From positions 62,001-126,000 of the forward strand of contig JAKLKB010000004.1 of the NCBI GenBank assembly GCA_023150835.1: a stretch of DNA of 64,000 nucleotides. The letters are read 5' to 3'. Positions 19,794 to 28,393 of the stretch are shown here, piece by piece. The position numbers and the translations under genes were made by a program. This DNA is from Myxococcota bacterium. Its GTDB lineage: Bacteria > Myxococcota_C > UBA6777. Position 1 is the stretch's first letter. Every line of letters begins with the position of its first letter. A model generated the notes under the pieces. That model made no database searches. It worked only from the letters and a program-made list of their open reading frames with translations, and was not told where the DNA came from.

Positions 19794-21329
19794 ATGCAGG
19801 CATTTCAACGGTTTGGGATAGTGGTTCTGTTGTGGGTAGTGGCGATGTTGTGGCAGGGCGGATGCGGTCCCAACGGGGATTGCAACAGCGATAACGAATG
19901 CACCACAGGATTCAACTGCCAACTCGTCGAAGGCACCAAGCGATGTATCCGTCCCGCTTGCGTCCCTGCTTGTGTGGCGGGTCAAGAGTGTATCTTGAGC
20001 CGATGTATTCAGACCGAATCTGCCCCACAAGATGGCGGAAACAACGAAACTTCCAGCGAAAACCCCACCGAACAGCCTTGCCAAGGACTCGGATGTGCTT
20101 GTCAAAAAGATGCAGACTGTCAAGCCAATCAGCGATGCGCCTCTGGCTTCTGTATCCTGCGTACAACCGAAGGAGCAAACGAGACCCCGACCGCTGAGGC
20201 TGGTCCTGACGAACCGATCACAGAAACCACACTCACCGAAGAACAGCCAAACTCTGAGACTTCCACAGAAAATATCCCAGAAGATCCGATCCGCGAAACA
20301 CTCTCTGAGCAAGAATCCACCGAAGAAAAACCCACCACCGAAACCATCTCCGAAACGCCCGAGAATACGGACTCTTCGACGCCTCCCGACACCAACGCTT
20401 GCCAAAAAGACAGCGATTGCAAAGCGGGCTACCTCTGCCAACAAGGCGTGTGTGTGCTGGCTCCGCCCGTCGTGTGCAATCCCTCCTGCGCAGCCACACA
20501 ACAATGCACCCCGAGCGGTTGTGTAAGCGAAACCACCGCAGGGATCGGTGAAGAGTGTTCGGCTCAAAAACCCTGCGCCCAAGGACTCGGATGTGTGCAA
20601 GTTAGCAGCAGCGTCTCCCGCTGTTTCCAGCCCTGCCAAGGCCCACAAGACTGTCAACAAAATGCCCTGCGCAAAGCGTGTTATTTTCTCGGTGGAAGCA
20701 AGAGTTATTGTATCCAAGAAGCAGGAAACGGCCAATCCTGCGGGCTGTCGGGAAAGATCCAAGCACTCTGCAACAGCGCCACCGTCTGCCAAGAAAGTAT
20801 CTGCCAAGTCCCCACCACAGTCGCCCCCAACGCACGCTGCGGCATCCAAGGGAAGATCTGCCCCCAAGATCATCCCTGCATCGGATTTCCCGATGGCAAC
20901 GGAGGTTTCATCCGCTACTGCATGAGATCATGCACCTACAACAGCAGTGATCCCAAAAGCGACTGCCCCAACCTCTTCACATGCGAAGAACTCAGCGGAA
21001 CAAGGGGCTTTTGCACCCCCAACGGAACCGCGCAAGTCGATGATCTGTGCGGTGGAACCCAAAGCGGCAACACCTTCGATCCCTCCAAAGCCTGCGCCCC
21101 CGACCTGAGTTGTGTAGGACTCGCTCGCTCGATCTGCCTGCCTTTGGCAGACGGCGATTGCACAAGCTCTGGCCTACAATGCGCAAGTGGCCGTCAATGT
21201 AGCGTGATCTACGGTGGAGGAAAAAGCTACTCGATCTGTAGCCAAGTGTGTAGCGCATCCAATATCTGCAATAAGTCTTATCTTCAATGTGACACCAGTC
21301 GCAAACTGTGTTTCCCAAACAACCCTTGA
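19794..21329 (+). CDS. Cys-rich lipoprotein with Glu/Thr/Pro linker
   Basis: Signal ending QGGC; repeated C..D.DC...C..G.C units; AAGGAG RBS. Confidence 0.75.
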   Translation: MQAFQRFGIVVLLWVVAMLWQGGCGPNGDCNSDNECTTGFNCQLVEGTKRCIRPACVPACVAGQECILSRCIQTESAPQDGGNNETSSENPTEQPCQGLGCACQKDADCQANQRCASGFCILRTTEGANETPTAEAGPDEPITETTLTEEQPNSETSTENIPEDPIRETLSEQESTEEKPTTETISETPENTDSSTPPDTNACQKDSDCKAGYLCQQGVCVLAPPVVCNPSCAATQQCTPSGCVSETTAGIGEECSAQKPCAQGLGCVQVSSSVSRCFQPCQGPQDCQQNALRKACYFLGGSKSYCIQEAGNGQSCGLSGKIQALCNSATVCQESICQVPTTVAPNARCGIQGKICPQDHPCIGFPDGNGGFIRYCMRSCTYNSSDPKSDCPNLFTCEELSGTRGFCTPNGTAQVDDLCGGTQSGNTFDPSKACAPDLSCVGLARSICLPLADGDCTSSGLQCASGRQCSVIYGGGKSYSICSQVCSASNICNKSYLQCDTSRKLCFPNNP

Positions 21330-21382
21330 TTCGCGTAGCGATGCAACAGCAGATCGAAACAAAGACCCAAAAGGAGGAAAGA

Positions 21383-22222
21383 ATGCTACAACACAAAGGA
21401 AACAACTCTCTGCATATGCGCCGACTGTGTGCGTTGTTTGTGGGGTGGGTGGTGGGACTGGCCCTCGCCGCCCCTACCCACGCACAAGATGCGATGTGCG
21501 AAGAACCCGGGTTTTACAGCGTCTTGTGTGGACCTTATCAAGTCAAAAAAGAGCAACATGCCGATAGAACACGCGAGACGACGTTGGTAAGCCCGACGGG
21601 AGCGCAAGTGATCTACCAAGTCATCCCCTTTGCCTATTTTCCTGACCAACGCGGCTCTCTCAAGCAAGTGATCGAATTTTATCGGCAAAAGCTCACGCAA
21701 GCCAAAGGCAGCGCCCCGCAAGAAAAATGGTACCTCCACCAAGGCAGAATCCGCTTTTACCAGATGTATTTCCCTCCGAACATCGGACTGTGGATGACAT
21801 CGACCGCAGGCGGCTACTTGGCGATCTTTGCGACATGGAAAGATCCCAAAGATCCGTTGATGCAACACATCGACACGACCCGTTATGCTGCCCGCCCGAT
21901 CAACGAAACCATCGCACCGCCTTCTGCTCCCCCCTCCAACGCTGTCGGCCAAGGCCAATGGTTTTGCAAAGCCCAAGGTGTCGTACAGCATTGCCGAAAA
22001 AATCGCGGTTCCTATTACACGCCTTGCACCTCGCTCACAGCTTTTGGCGGGGGCATCGGCGCAACACGCGATGCAGCCGCATCTGCCGCGCTCCGGAAGT
22101 GCATGATGAACCGAACGAGCCTCTATATTCGAGGGAATTTCCCATCAGGCTCGTCCCACTACTACAATTTCAGCCGTTATGCGGGGCCGTGTACGGTGAC
22201 GCATTGCAGTCTGTCTCGCTGA
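21383..22222 (+). CDS. Exported hypothetical protein with Cys-containing C-terminal domain
   Basis: AGGAGG RBS; signal ending THA-QD; Pro linker before the second domain. Confidence 0.65.
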   Translation: MLQHKGNNSLHMRRLCALFVGWVVGLALAAPTHAQDAMCEEPGFYSVLCGPYQVKKEQHADRTRETTLVSPTGAQVIYQVIPFAYFPDQRGSLKQVIEFYRQKLTQAKGSAPQEKWYLHQGRIRFYQMYFPPNIGLWMTSTAGGYLAIFATWKDPKDPLMQHIDTTRYAARPINETIAPPSAPPSNAVGQGQWFCKAQGVVQHCRKNRGSYYTPCTSLTAFGGGIGATRDAAASAALRKCMMNRTSLYIRGNFPSGSSHYYNFSRYAGPCTVTHCSLSR

Positions 22223-22325
22223 TGCGAGAGTCCGTATCTTCGGGGGAGATCCGTCGATTTGAGGAGACCACATTGGGAGAGAGAAGCGGAGGGGCCAAGG
22301 ATGCGGGGAGGCGCGATAGGACGGA

Positions 22326-22703
22326 TCATGAGGGATTTTGCGCAAGGGCAAAGGGAGGTTCGAGGGGAGGAAGCCCCCAACGTGCGCGGGCTTTGTCACA
22401 ATCGGGGTGGTGTTCTCCGTTGGCCCACGAATAAGGAAAGGCACGACAAGTCGTCGAACGCTGCGCGTAGATCGAACAGTGAACGCTTTTTCCGATCTCT
22501 CCTTGAAGCGCAACGCATCGGGGGTTGGGCTGATTGGTGCCTTTCATCACGCGACGGTAAGGAGGAAGATCCTCCACAAGCTCCGTTGGAACGGTACCGC
22601 CTTCGCAATCGCTACCTTCTCCCCAATAGAAGGCTACCTGAAAAAAAGCACAACAAGCCCCACAAGAGACACAAGGATTCAATTCGGGGAACACGGATGA
22701 CAT
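22326..22703 (-). CDS. YkgJ-family cysteine-cluster (Zn/Fe-chelating) protein
   Basis: NPCVSCGACCAFFQVAFYW...RCVALQG...CSIYAQRSTTCRAF...CDKARARWGL. Confidence 0.88.
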   Translation of the reverse strand: MSSVFPELNPCVSCGACCAFFQVAFYWGEGSDCEGGTVPTELVEDLPPYRRVMKGTNQPNPRCVALQGEIGKSVHCSIYAQRSTTCRAFPYSWANGEHHPDCDKARARWGLPPLEPPFALAQNPS

Positions 22704-22964
22704 AGCCGAGACCTCCACGCAAAGCACGCGCAGGCAAATTGTCGACTGCGTAATTCCTACAGACCTTGGACGAGGGAAATGCACGAAAGAAACGACGTGC
22801 AGAGGCGTCCTAGCACAAGCGAAAACAGGACGCAAGATCACAAAAGAGCCAAGGCATCGAAGCAAGCCCCCTTGTCAAGATCGCAGCGATCCCACACAAC
22901 AAGCGCCGCCTTTTTCGGGGGCGCAGCTCGCGTCGTGGATCTGTTGGCGAGAGGAGAAAGAAAC

Positions 22965-24155
22965 ATGAAGGCAGTGGTACGGTTGAAAACGGCAGGAGAG
23001 CGTTCGGTAGAGCGCCGCCACCCGTGGCTTTTTACGGGGGCATTGGACAAGATCGAAGGAAAGCCGAAGAGCGGTGAAACGGTCGGCGTATTGAATACAA
23101 AAGGCGAGATCTTGGGGTTTGGAGCGTATTCGCCCCAGTCACAGATCGCCGTTCGGATGTGGCATCATTCGCCCGCTCGTGGGGTCGATCATGCTTTTTT
23201 TATGGAGCGTTTTCGTGCAGCGATCACGATGCGCTCGAAAGTGTTGCCGCCCGATGCACAAGGCGCGTGTCGGCTGATCTATGGTGAATCCGATGGATTT
23301 CCCGGTCTGATCGTCGATCGATATGGAGATTATCTGGTGATGCAGTGCCTTTCGGCAGGAGCGGAGTTTTGGAAGCGAGCATGGGCGGAGATGTTGCAAT
23401 CCTTGTTGGAAGTGCGCGGAGTCTTCGAGCGATCGGAAAGCGATGTCCGAAAGAAAGAAGGATTGGACCAAGTGACGGGCGTCTTGAAAGGAGAAGCGCC
23501 ACCAAATCCGCTCACGATCGAAGAGGGCGGATTGCGCTATCTCGTGGATGTGTATGAAGGCCACAAGACGGGATTTTACCTCGACCAGCGGGCCAATCGT
23601 GCGATGCTGCGGTCTTTGGTGCAGGGCGCAGAAGTGCTGAATTGCTTTGCTTATACGGGAGGGTTTGGTTTGTCCGCGCTCAAGGGAGGGGCCGCGCACG
23701 TTACGCAGATCGAAGCCTCCGCAAAAGCCCTTGAGGTCGCTCGTCAGCACGTCGCCTTCAACGGCTTTGACGCCCAACGCAGCACACTGATCGAAGGCGA
23801 TGTGTTTGCGGAGCTTCGGCGGTTTCAGAAGGAACAGCGGATGTTTGATGTGATCGTCCTCGACCCACCGAAGTTTGCAGAGTCCAAGGCCCAACTCGAT
23901 CGAGCCTGCCGAGGCTACAAAGATATCAATCTTCAAGCCTTCAAGCTTTTGCGCCCGGGAGGCTTGCTGTTGACCTTCTCTTGTTCAGGACAGATGACGA
24001 CGCCTCTGTTTCAAAAGATCGTGGCGGATGCTGCGCTAGATGCCGGACGCACCGCCCAGATCTTGCGGCGGCTTGAACAAGACGTCGATCACCCGACGCT
24101 GTTGTCCTTCCCCGAAGGAACTTACCTCAAAGGCTTGTTGTGTCGGGCAGAATAA
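22965..24155 (+). CDS. rlmI: 23S rRNA m5C1962 methyltransferase RlmI-like
   Basis: RRHPWLFTGA PUA domain, ESDGFPGLIVDRY, GHKTGFYLDQR, LNCFAYTGGF, LDPPKF, DHP..FPEGTYLKG. Confidence 0.92.
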   Translation: MKAVVRLKTAGERSVERRHPWLFTGALDKIEGKPKSGETVGVLNTKGEILGFGAYSPQSQIAVRMWHHSPARGVDHAFFMERFRAAITMRSKVLPPDAQGACRLIYGESDGFPGLIVDRYGDYLVMQCLSAGAEFWKRAWAEMLQSLLEVRGVFERSESDVRKKEGLDQVTGVLKGEAPPNPLTIEEGGLRYLVDVYEGHKTGFYLDQRANRAMLRSLVQGAEVLNCFAYTGGFGLSALKGGAAHVTQIEASAKALEVARQHVAFNGFDAQRSTLIEGDVFAELRRFQKEQRMFDVIVLDPPKFAESKAQLDRACRGYKDINLQAFKLLRPGGLLLTFSCSGQMTTPLFQKIVADAALDAGRTAQILRRLEQDVDHPTLLSFPEGTYLKGLLCRAE

Positions 24156-24201
24156 GCACTCGATCGAGGGCTTGTTGTGTCAGGCAGAATAAGCACTCGA
24201 T
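24132..24201. repeat. Tandem 33-bp duplication spanning the rlmI stop codon
   Basis: ggcttgttgtgtc(g/a)ggcagaataagcactcgat at 24132-24164 and 24169-24201. Confidence 0.92.
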
Positions 24202-24210
24202 ATAAGCGCT

Positions 24211-25815
24211 CTATTCTTCTTCTCGAAACAACACAAACCACCCAAACACCGCCGTTCCAAGCAAGACAATCAACGCCAGCAACCAACGCAGCGAGTCCAC
24301 CCAAGGCGCATTGCCCAAGATCACCCGCAAGCCAAAGATCGCAGGAAGTGAAGTCGCCAAAAATCCACCGAGCCGCATACTCCATTCGATCTGTTGCCGC
24401 GAACGATCTTGGAGGTATGTGTTGAGTTCGGAGGATTGATCGTTGACTTCACGCATCAGCTTTTCGACCTCAAAGACGCCTTGCCACCGACGCCACAGCA
24501 CCAAGCCGCGTTCGCGGTGCGTGATCTGGCTAAACCAACTCTGGTTCTTAAACAGCAACACGGCTTTGCGCAAACGCCGCAAGATCTGTTGGCTCTCCCA
24601 ACTCAACGCCGTCAACGAACGGATATCCGAAAGTCGTTCAAACAACAGCAGCAACGCCGTTCGTTGGAGCGAAGCCAACAAAAAGATATCGAAATAATAA
24701 CTGCCGTGATATTGGCCGAGAAACACGCGATTGAACTCGTCCACATCAAAAGCCACAAGGGAACTGCCTTCTTTCGAGATGCTTTGCCAACGCCGTGTCA
24801 GCCATTGTTGCGTCTCATCTTCGTTCTCCGAGCCGATACGACCGCTCAGATCGTCATCAAATCGCGAAAAAGCATACCGTTCAAGCTGTCGCCGAGCGCG
24901 CTCACGATCCGCCAAGCAGGTCCGATGATCGATGCAGCTAAAGGTGTACACCATCATCCGATCATCGTAGCTCGGGCGCACAGGAAGTTGCAAACGTTGT
25001 TCGTAGCGATGGGGCGGCGCGATCGGTCGCAACGCATCAAAGTCTGCAAGCAGATGCGCAAGAAGCTGGTTGATCTGAAAAGATTGATCTGCCACCGACA
25101 TCGTTGGCATCGAAAATCCCCGATAGATCGGTGCAAGCAATCGAAAAAACAAGGTTGCGTGCATCTGATCCATATAGGTCGGACGATCCCCCGAACAGCG
25201 CAATCGAAAGATCAAAAAGCCCACCCGTAGGCTGCTTACAAGCAATTGTACTTCGTCCAACAGCATCGCGTGACGGTAGTTGCGTTTGTCGCGGTCGTCT
25301 TGCCCGGACAACCAAAAAGGCAAACAGCCTTGTGCATCGGTGGGGCCAAGCGTATCCAGATCAAGCCGATAATGCTGCAACGTCGGTACAGAAAAATCCT
25401 CATGCGGATCGAATCCTTGGCGATCTTCATACAGCGAAGGGAAAAGAAATCTCTTCACATAAGGCAAGAAATATTCTGTGCGATCCACGTCTTCGGGATC
25501 GTCTTCTGAAAAAACGCGCCGCTTCCAACGCGACGATTTACGCAGGCGCATAAAGCTGTTGCCATCGTCCTCATGGAAAGTGAACGGAAACACACAAAGG
25601 CTGTAATGCCCCGTCAGTTGGAACGGCTGCTCGCCTTTTTCCGCCTCCAAGGTCTCGCTCAAACACGCCCCGGGCGCACAAGGTAGCGCGCTCTCCTCGG
25701 TGGATGAGGCGGTTGCGTCCTCCAGCGGTTTTGCACAGATCGCGCAGCGCTTGCCGCGCTTTGGCGTTGGATTCGTCGGATGCGAGAGCGCAGCAGAGAT
25801 CAGATCGTCGTTCAA
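24211..25815 (-). CDS. CorA-like 2-TM membrane protein resembling type III CRISPR-associated CorA effectors
   Basis: HYSLCVFPF, EYFLPYV, VGFLIF, DDRMMVY, LLASLQRTALL, FKNQSWFSQIT..ERGL.LW, long stalk helix, two C-terminal TMs; no GMN motif. TTG start after AAGGAGG. Confidence 0.7.
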   Translation of the reverse strand: MNDDLISAALSHPTNPTPKRGKRCAICAKPLEDATASSTEESALPCAPGACLSETLEAEKGEQPFQLTGHYSLCVFPFTFHEDDGNSFMRLRKSSRWKRRVFSEDDPEDVDRTEYFLPYVKRFLFPSLYEDRQGFDPHEDFSVPTLQHYRLDLDTLGPTDAQGCLPFWLSGQDDRDKRNYRHAMLLDEVQLLVSSLRVGFLIFRLRCSGDRPTYMDQMHATLFFRLLAPIYRGFSMPTMSVADQSFQINQLLAHLLADFDALRPIAPPHRYEQRLQLPVRPSYDDRMMVYTFSCIDHRTCLADRERARRQLERYAFSRFDDDLSGRIGSENEDETQQWLTRRWQSISKEGSSLVAFDVDEFNRVFLGQYHGSYYFDIFLLASLQRTALLLLFERLSDIRSLTALSWESQQILRRLRKAVLLFKNQSWFSQITHRERGLVLWRRWQGVFEVEKLMREVNDQSSELNTYLQDRSRQQIEWSMRLGGFLATSLPAIFGLRVILGNAPWVDSLRWLLALIVLLGTAVFGWFVLFREEE

Positions 25816-25917
25816 GGTAGCCTCCTTACAGATCGCAGGACTTAGGGAGAAAAGGGACAGGTTGGATTTTTTGTGGGGCGAGGTGTCAAACTCCGCCATA
25901 GACTCTCGCCCCTTGGC

Positions 25918-26030
25918 CACCTATCGGCGAGCTTGCAGAGGTACATTTCGTGTGACTCCCTGAGGCGGCTGCGCCCATCGTACCGCAATCGCACCTATCG
26001 GCGAGCTTGCAGAGGTACATTTCGTGTGAC
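25918..26030. repeat. Two perfect 39-bp direct repeats separated by a unique 35-bp spacer
   Basis: CACCTATCGGCGAGCTTGCAGAGGTACATTTCGTGTGAC at 25918-25956 and 25992-26030. Confidence 0.92.
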
Positions 26031-26128
26031 CCTCACCCCCCAACCCCCTCTTCTTTCCCCTCGCGGCAGCAGCGAGGCTTTGCGAGCGTCGCAGGGAGAT
26101 GGGTGTCGCGCAGCGACGGGGTGAGGGT
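26029..26128. repeat. CCCTCACCCC-type palindromic element
   Basis: 11-bp inverted repeat ACCCTCACCCC...GGGGTGAGGGT enclosing smaller hairpins. Confidence 0.7.
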
Positions 26129-26217
26129 GAGCCAGCACGTACCCCTCCTGTCGGGAGTGATTCTTTTCAAGCGTAATCTACCCACCGAGAAAAAAGAAGC
26201 CCCATCCCTGAAATCGC

Positions 26218-28230
26218 TTACATCGGCGCAGGGAGCCACACCACAAACGACTCTTCCAACAAGATCCATAACGCCGAAGCCATCGTATCTTCCCACCAAT
26301 CTTCGATAGCCTTTCCTGAAGCCACCGCTTGTAGCACAGTTTCCATCTCCGCATCCAACGGCAACAGCTTCATCGCCTCTGCGTGATGGATCACCGCCAA
26401 CATCCGAGGCGCAGCTCCCGCGCTTTCCTGCGCAGACGCCGCACGAAAACGCTCCCACAACAACGCATCCATCTCTTCTTGCGACTCTGCCTCGGGCCGC
26501 TCGTCCAAGACTTCTTCGGCCAACCACCCCGACCACAGCGCATAGCGCAAGGTCCGATGCAACCGCAAAACCCCCGCCGCTTCCAACAGATCCCCCACAT
26601 CGTCAGGCAACGCTGCGAAGTCTTCGGCCTCTTCGTCTTTACGCGGCTCTTCTTGCGACCACGCCAAAAACCGCGCCATCTCACGCCAAGGAGCCGAAAC
26701 ATCCGAACGGGACGCCAGCCACGCAGACCACCGCACCATCAACCGCCCATGCTCCCCAAACGCCGAAGAATGCGCAAACTCCGCAAGGCTCTCTTCGGAC
26801 AACACAGCCCCTCGCTGCGTCAACGAACCATCCAAAAAGAACCACGATGCTGCACTTTGTATCCCTTCGCGCAAGATCGCAGCCCCGCCCCCCAACCATG
26901 CTTCTCGCGACTTGCCCGTGATCGCTTGCATCTGCGGCCACATCACCCCCGTTGCACCAAGGCCGATCGCACGCTCACCCATCCCCGCCATCCGCGCTGG
27001 AACGGCGGCCCGAACCGCTTCTTCCCATGCCGAAAACACCCCATATCCCGACGTCAGATCCGCATCCGCAGACAACAACGCCCGACAACGCGCTCCCATC
27101 GACTCCAACACAGGCCACAAGATCCGCTCGGCTCGCTGGGCCTGCATCGAACCTTCCTCCATCCATTCCAACGCAAGCAACGTCCGATACCCAAGATCCT
27201 GCAACAATCGCCGTTGCAACATCCGTTGACACTTCCCTGCATCGATCTCGATATCTCCCATCAATAGGCCCGATGCGACACTCAAATGGTGCTCCATCAA
27301 CCCCGCCACCGTAGAAAAAACATCCACCCCTTCAAGCAAAAACAATTCGACCCACGAGCCAAAGCTCCATGCCGTCAAACGCGGCCAATGACCGTAGACA
27401 TAACCCATCGCATCGCTCGATGCATCCAGATATCCCCGTGGCGAGACGATCCGACGACCGCTCTCCAACTCCCGAAGACAAACCGACCACTCCGAAAAGA
27501 AATGCTCGCGTGCCGATTCTGCATGACGCAGTGCGTCTTCACGCGCTCCTACCCGATCGTACCCCGCCTCACGCTGCCAATAGGCCCGCCCTTCCGCCTC
27601 ACACGCCACGCAAAAAGATCGCAACGGCCCACCATGCCGATGTTCCGCACAACGCGGTCGAAAAACCTCGTCCCAACCGTACCAATGCACCACCGGCAAC
27701 AACTCGTTCACTCGCGCCGAAAGATACAGCGAAAAACGATTCATCTGCGGATGCCAAAAAAATCGCAACAACCCATGCAACAATTCATGCGCACGCCATT
27801 TTCTCCGATAATTCGGGTTATACGGCGCAAGCGGTGCCTCTTGAAAAAAAGAAAAGTACTTGGGTTCCATCCGCACCCCCGCCCCCCACACAGGCACCGT
27901 CTCACCTTCCCAAACCGCACGCTCTGGCTCTAAACCCTCGGGCATCGCGATCGCACCGCGCAGTTCGTGATGGAAAAATCCTCGCCCCTCTCCCGCAGAC
28001 CACAACCCCACCCGCGCACTCATCGGCGTCACCAATAGATCCAACGCCGGTACACCCAAACCTGCAAACACTTCTTCCAATCCCGCAACAGGGCCCGCTT
28101 CGATCGTCGAAGCGACACTCTCCACCCACGCCTCTGATGACGGCCACCACGACGAAGGCGGCACCTCTAATCTCAACTTTTCTCTCTGCTCTTTCCCCGA
28201 TAATCCCGAACTCAACCGAATCTTTTCCAT
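26218..28230 (-). CDS. Hypothetical protein with HExxH and Cys/His motifs
   Basis: 670-aa ORF with GGAG RBS; RAHELLH with a downstream Glu (NELLP); CAEH...CVAC. Confidence 0.75.
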   Translation of the reverse strand: MEKIRLSSGLSGKEQREKLRLEVPPSSWWPSSEAWVESVASTIEAGPVAGLEEVFAGLGVPALDLLVTPMSARVGLWSAGEGRGFFHHELRGAIAMPEGLEPERAVWEGETVPVWGAGVRMEPKYFSFFQEAPLAPYNPNYRRKWRAHELLHGLLRFFWHPQMNRFSLYLSARVNELLPVVHWYGWDEVFRPRCAEHRHGGPLRSFCVACEAEGRAYWQREAGYDRVGAREDALRHAESAREHFFSEWSVCLRELESGRRIVSPRGYLDASSDAMGYVYGHWPRLTAWSFGSWVELFLLEGVDVFSTVAGLMEHHLSVASGLLMGDIEIDAGKCQRMLQRRLLQDLGYRTLLALEWMEEGSMQAQRAERILWPVLESMGARCRALLSADADLTSGYGVFSAWEEAVRAAVPARMAGMGERAIGLGATGVMWPQMQAITGKSREAWLGGGAAILREGIQSAASWFFLDGSLTQRGAVLSEESLAEFAHSSAFGEHGRLMVRWSAWLASRSDVSAPWREMARFLAWSQEEPRKDEEAEDFAALPDDVGDLLEAAGVLRLHRTLRYALWSGWLAEEVLDERPEAESQEEMDALLWERFRAASAQESAGAAPRMLAVIHHAEAMKLLPLDAEMETVLQAVASGKAIEDWWEDTMASALWILLEESFVVWLPAPM

Positions 28231-28393
28231 CTCCCGCTCCTTTTCTTCTACGCTTCGCTTGTTTCAAAAAAAATCACACTCTTGACACGTTTTGACAGGA
28301 CACCTTTTCATATCCTCCCACGTTACACTGTTGGATGCTACGTCGGATCAGCCGCCACCCCAACCCCCCCTATCCACCCAAAAGGATCTTCTG

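Noticed and set aside
28282-28316. Two TTGACA hexamers upstream of the repeat lipoprotein as a promoter
   Set aside because: No acceptable -10 hexamer at 16-18 bp spacing from either.
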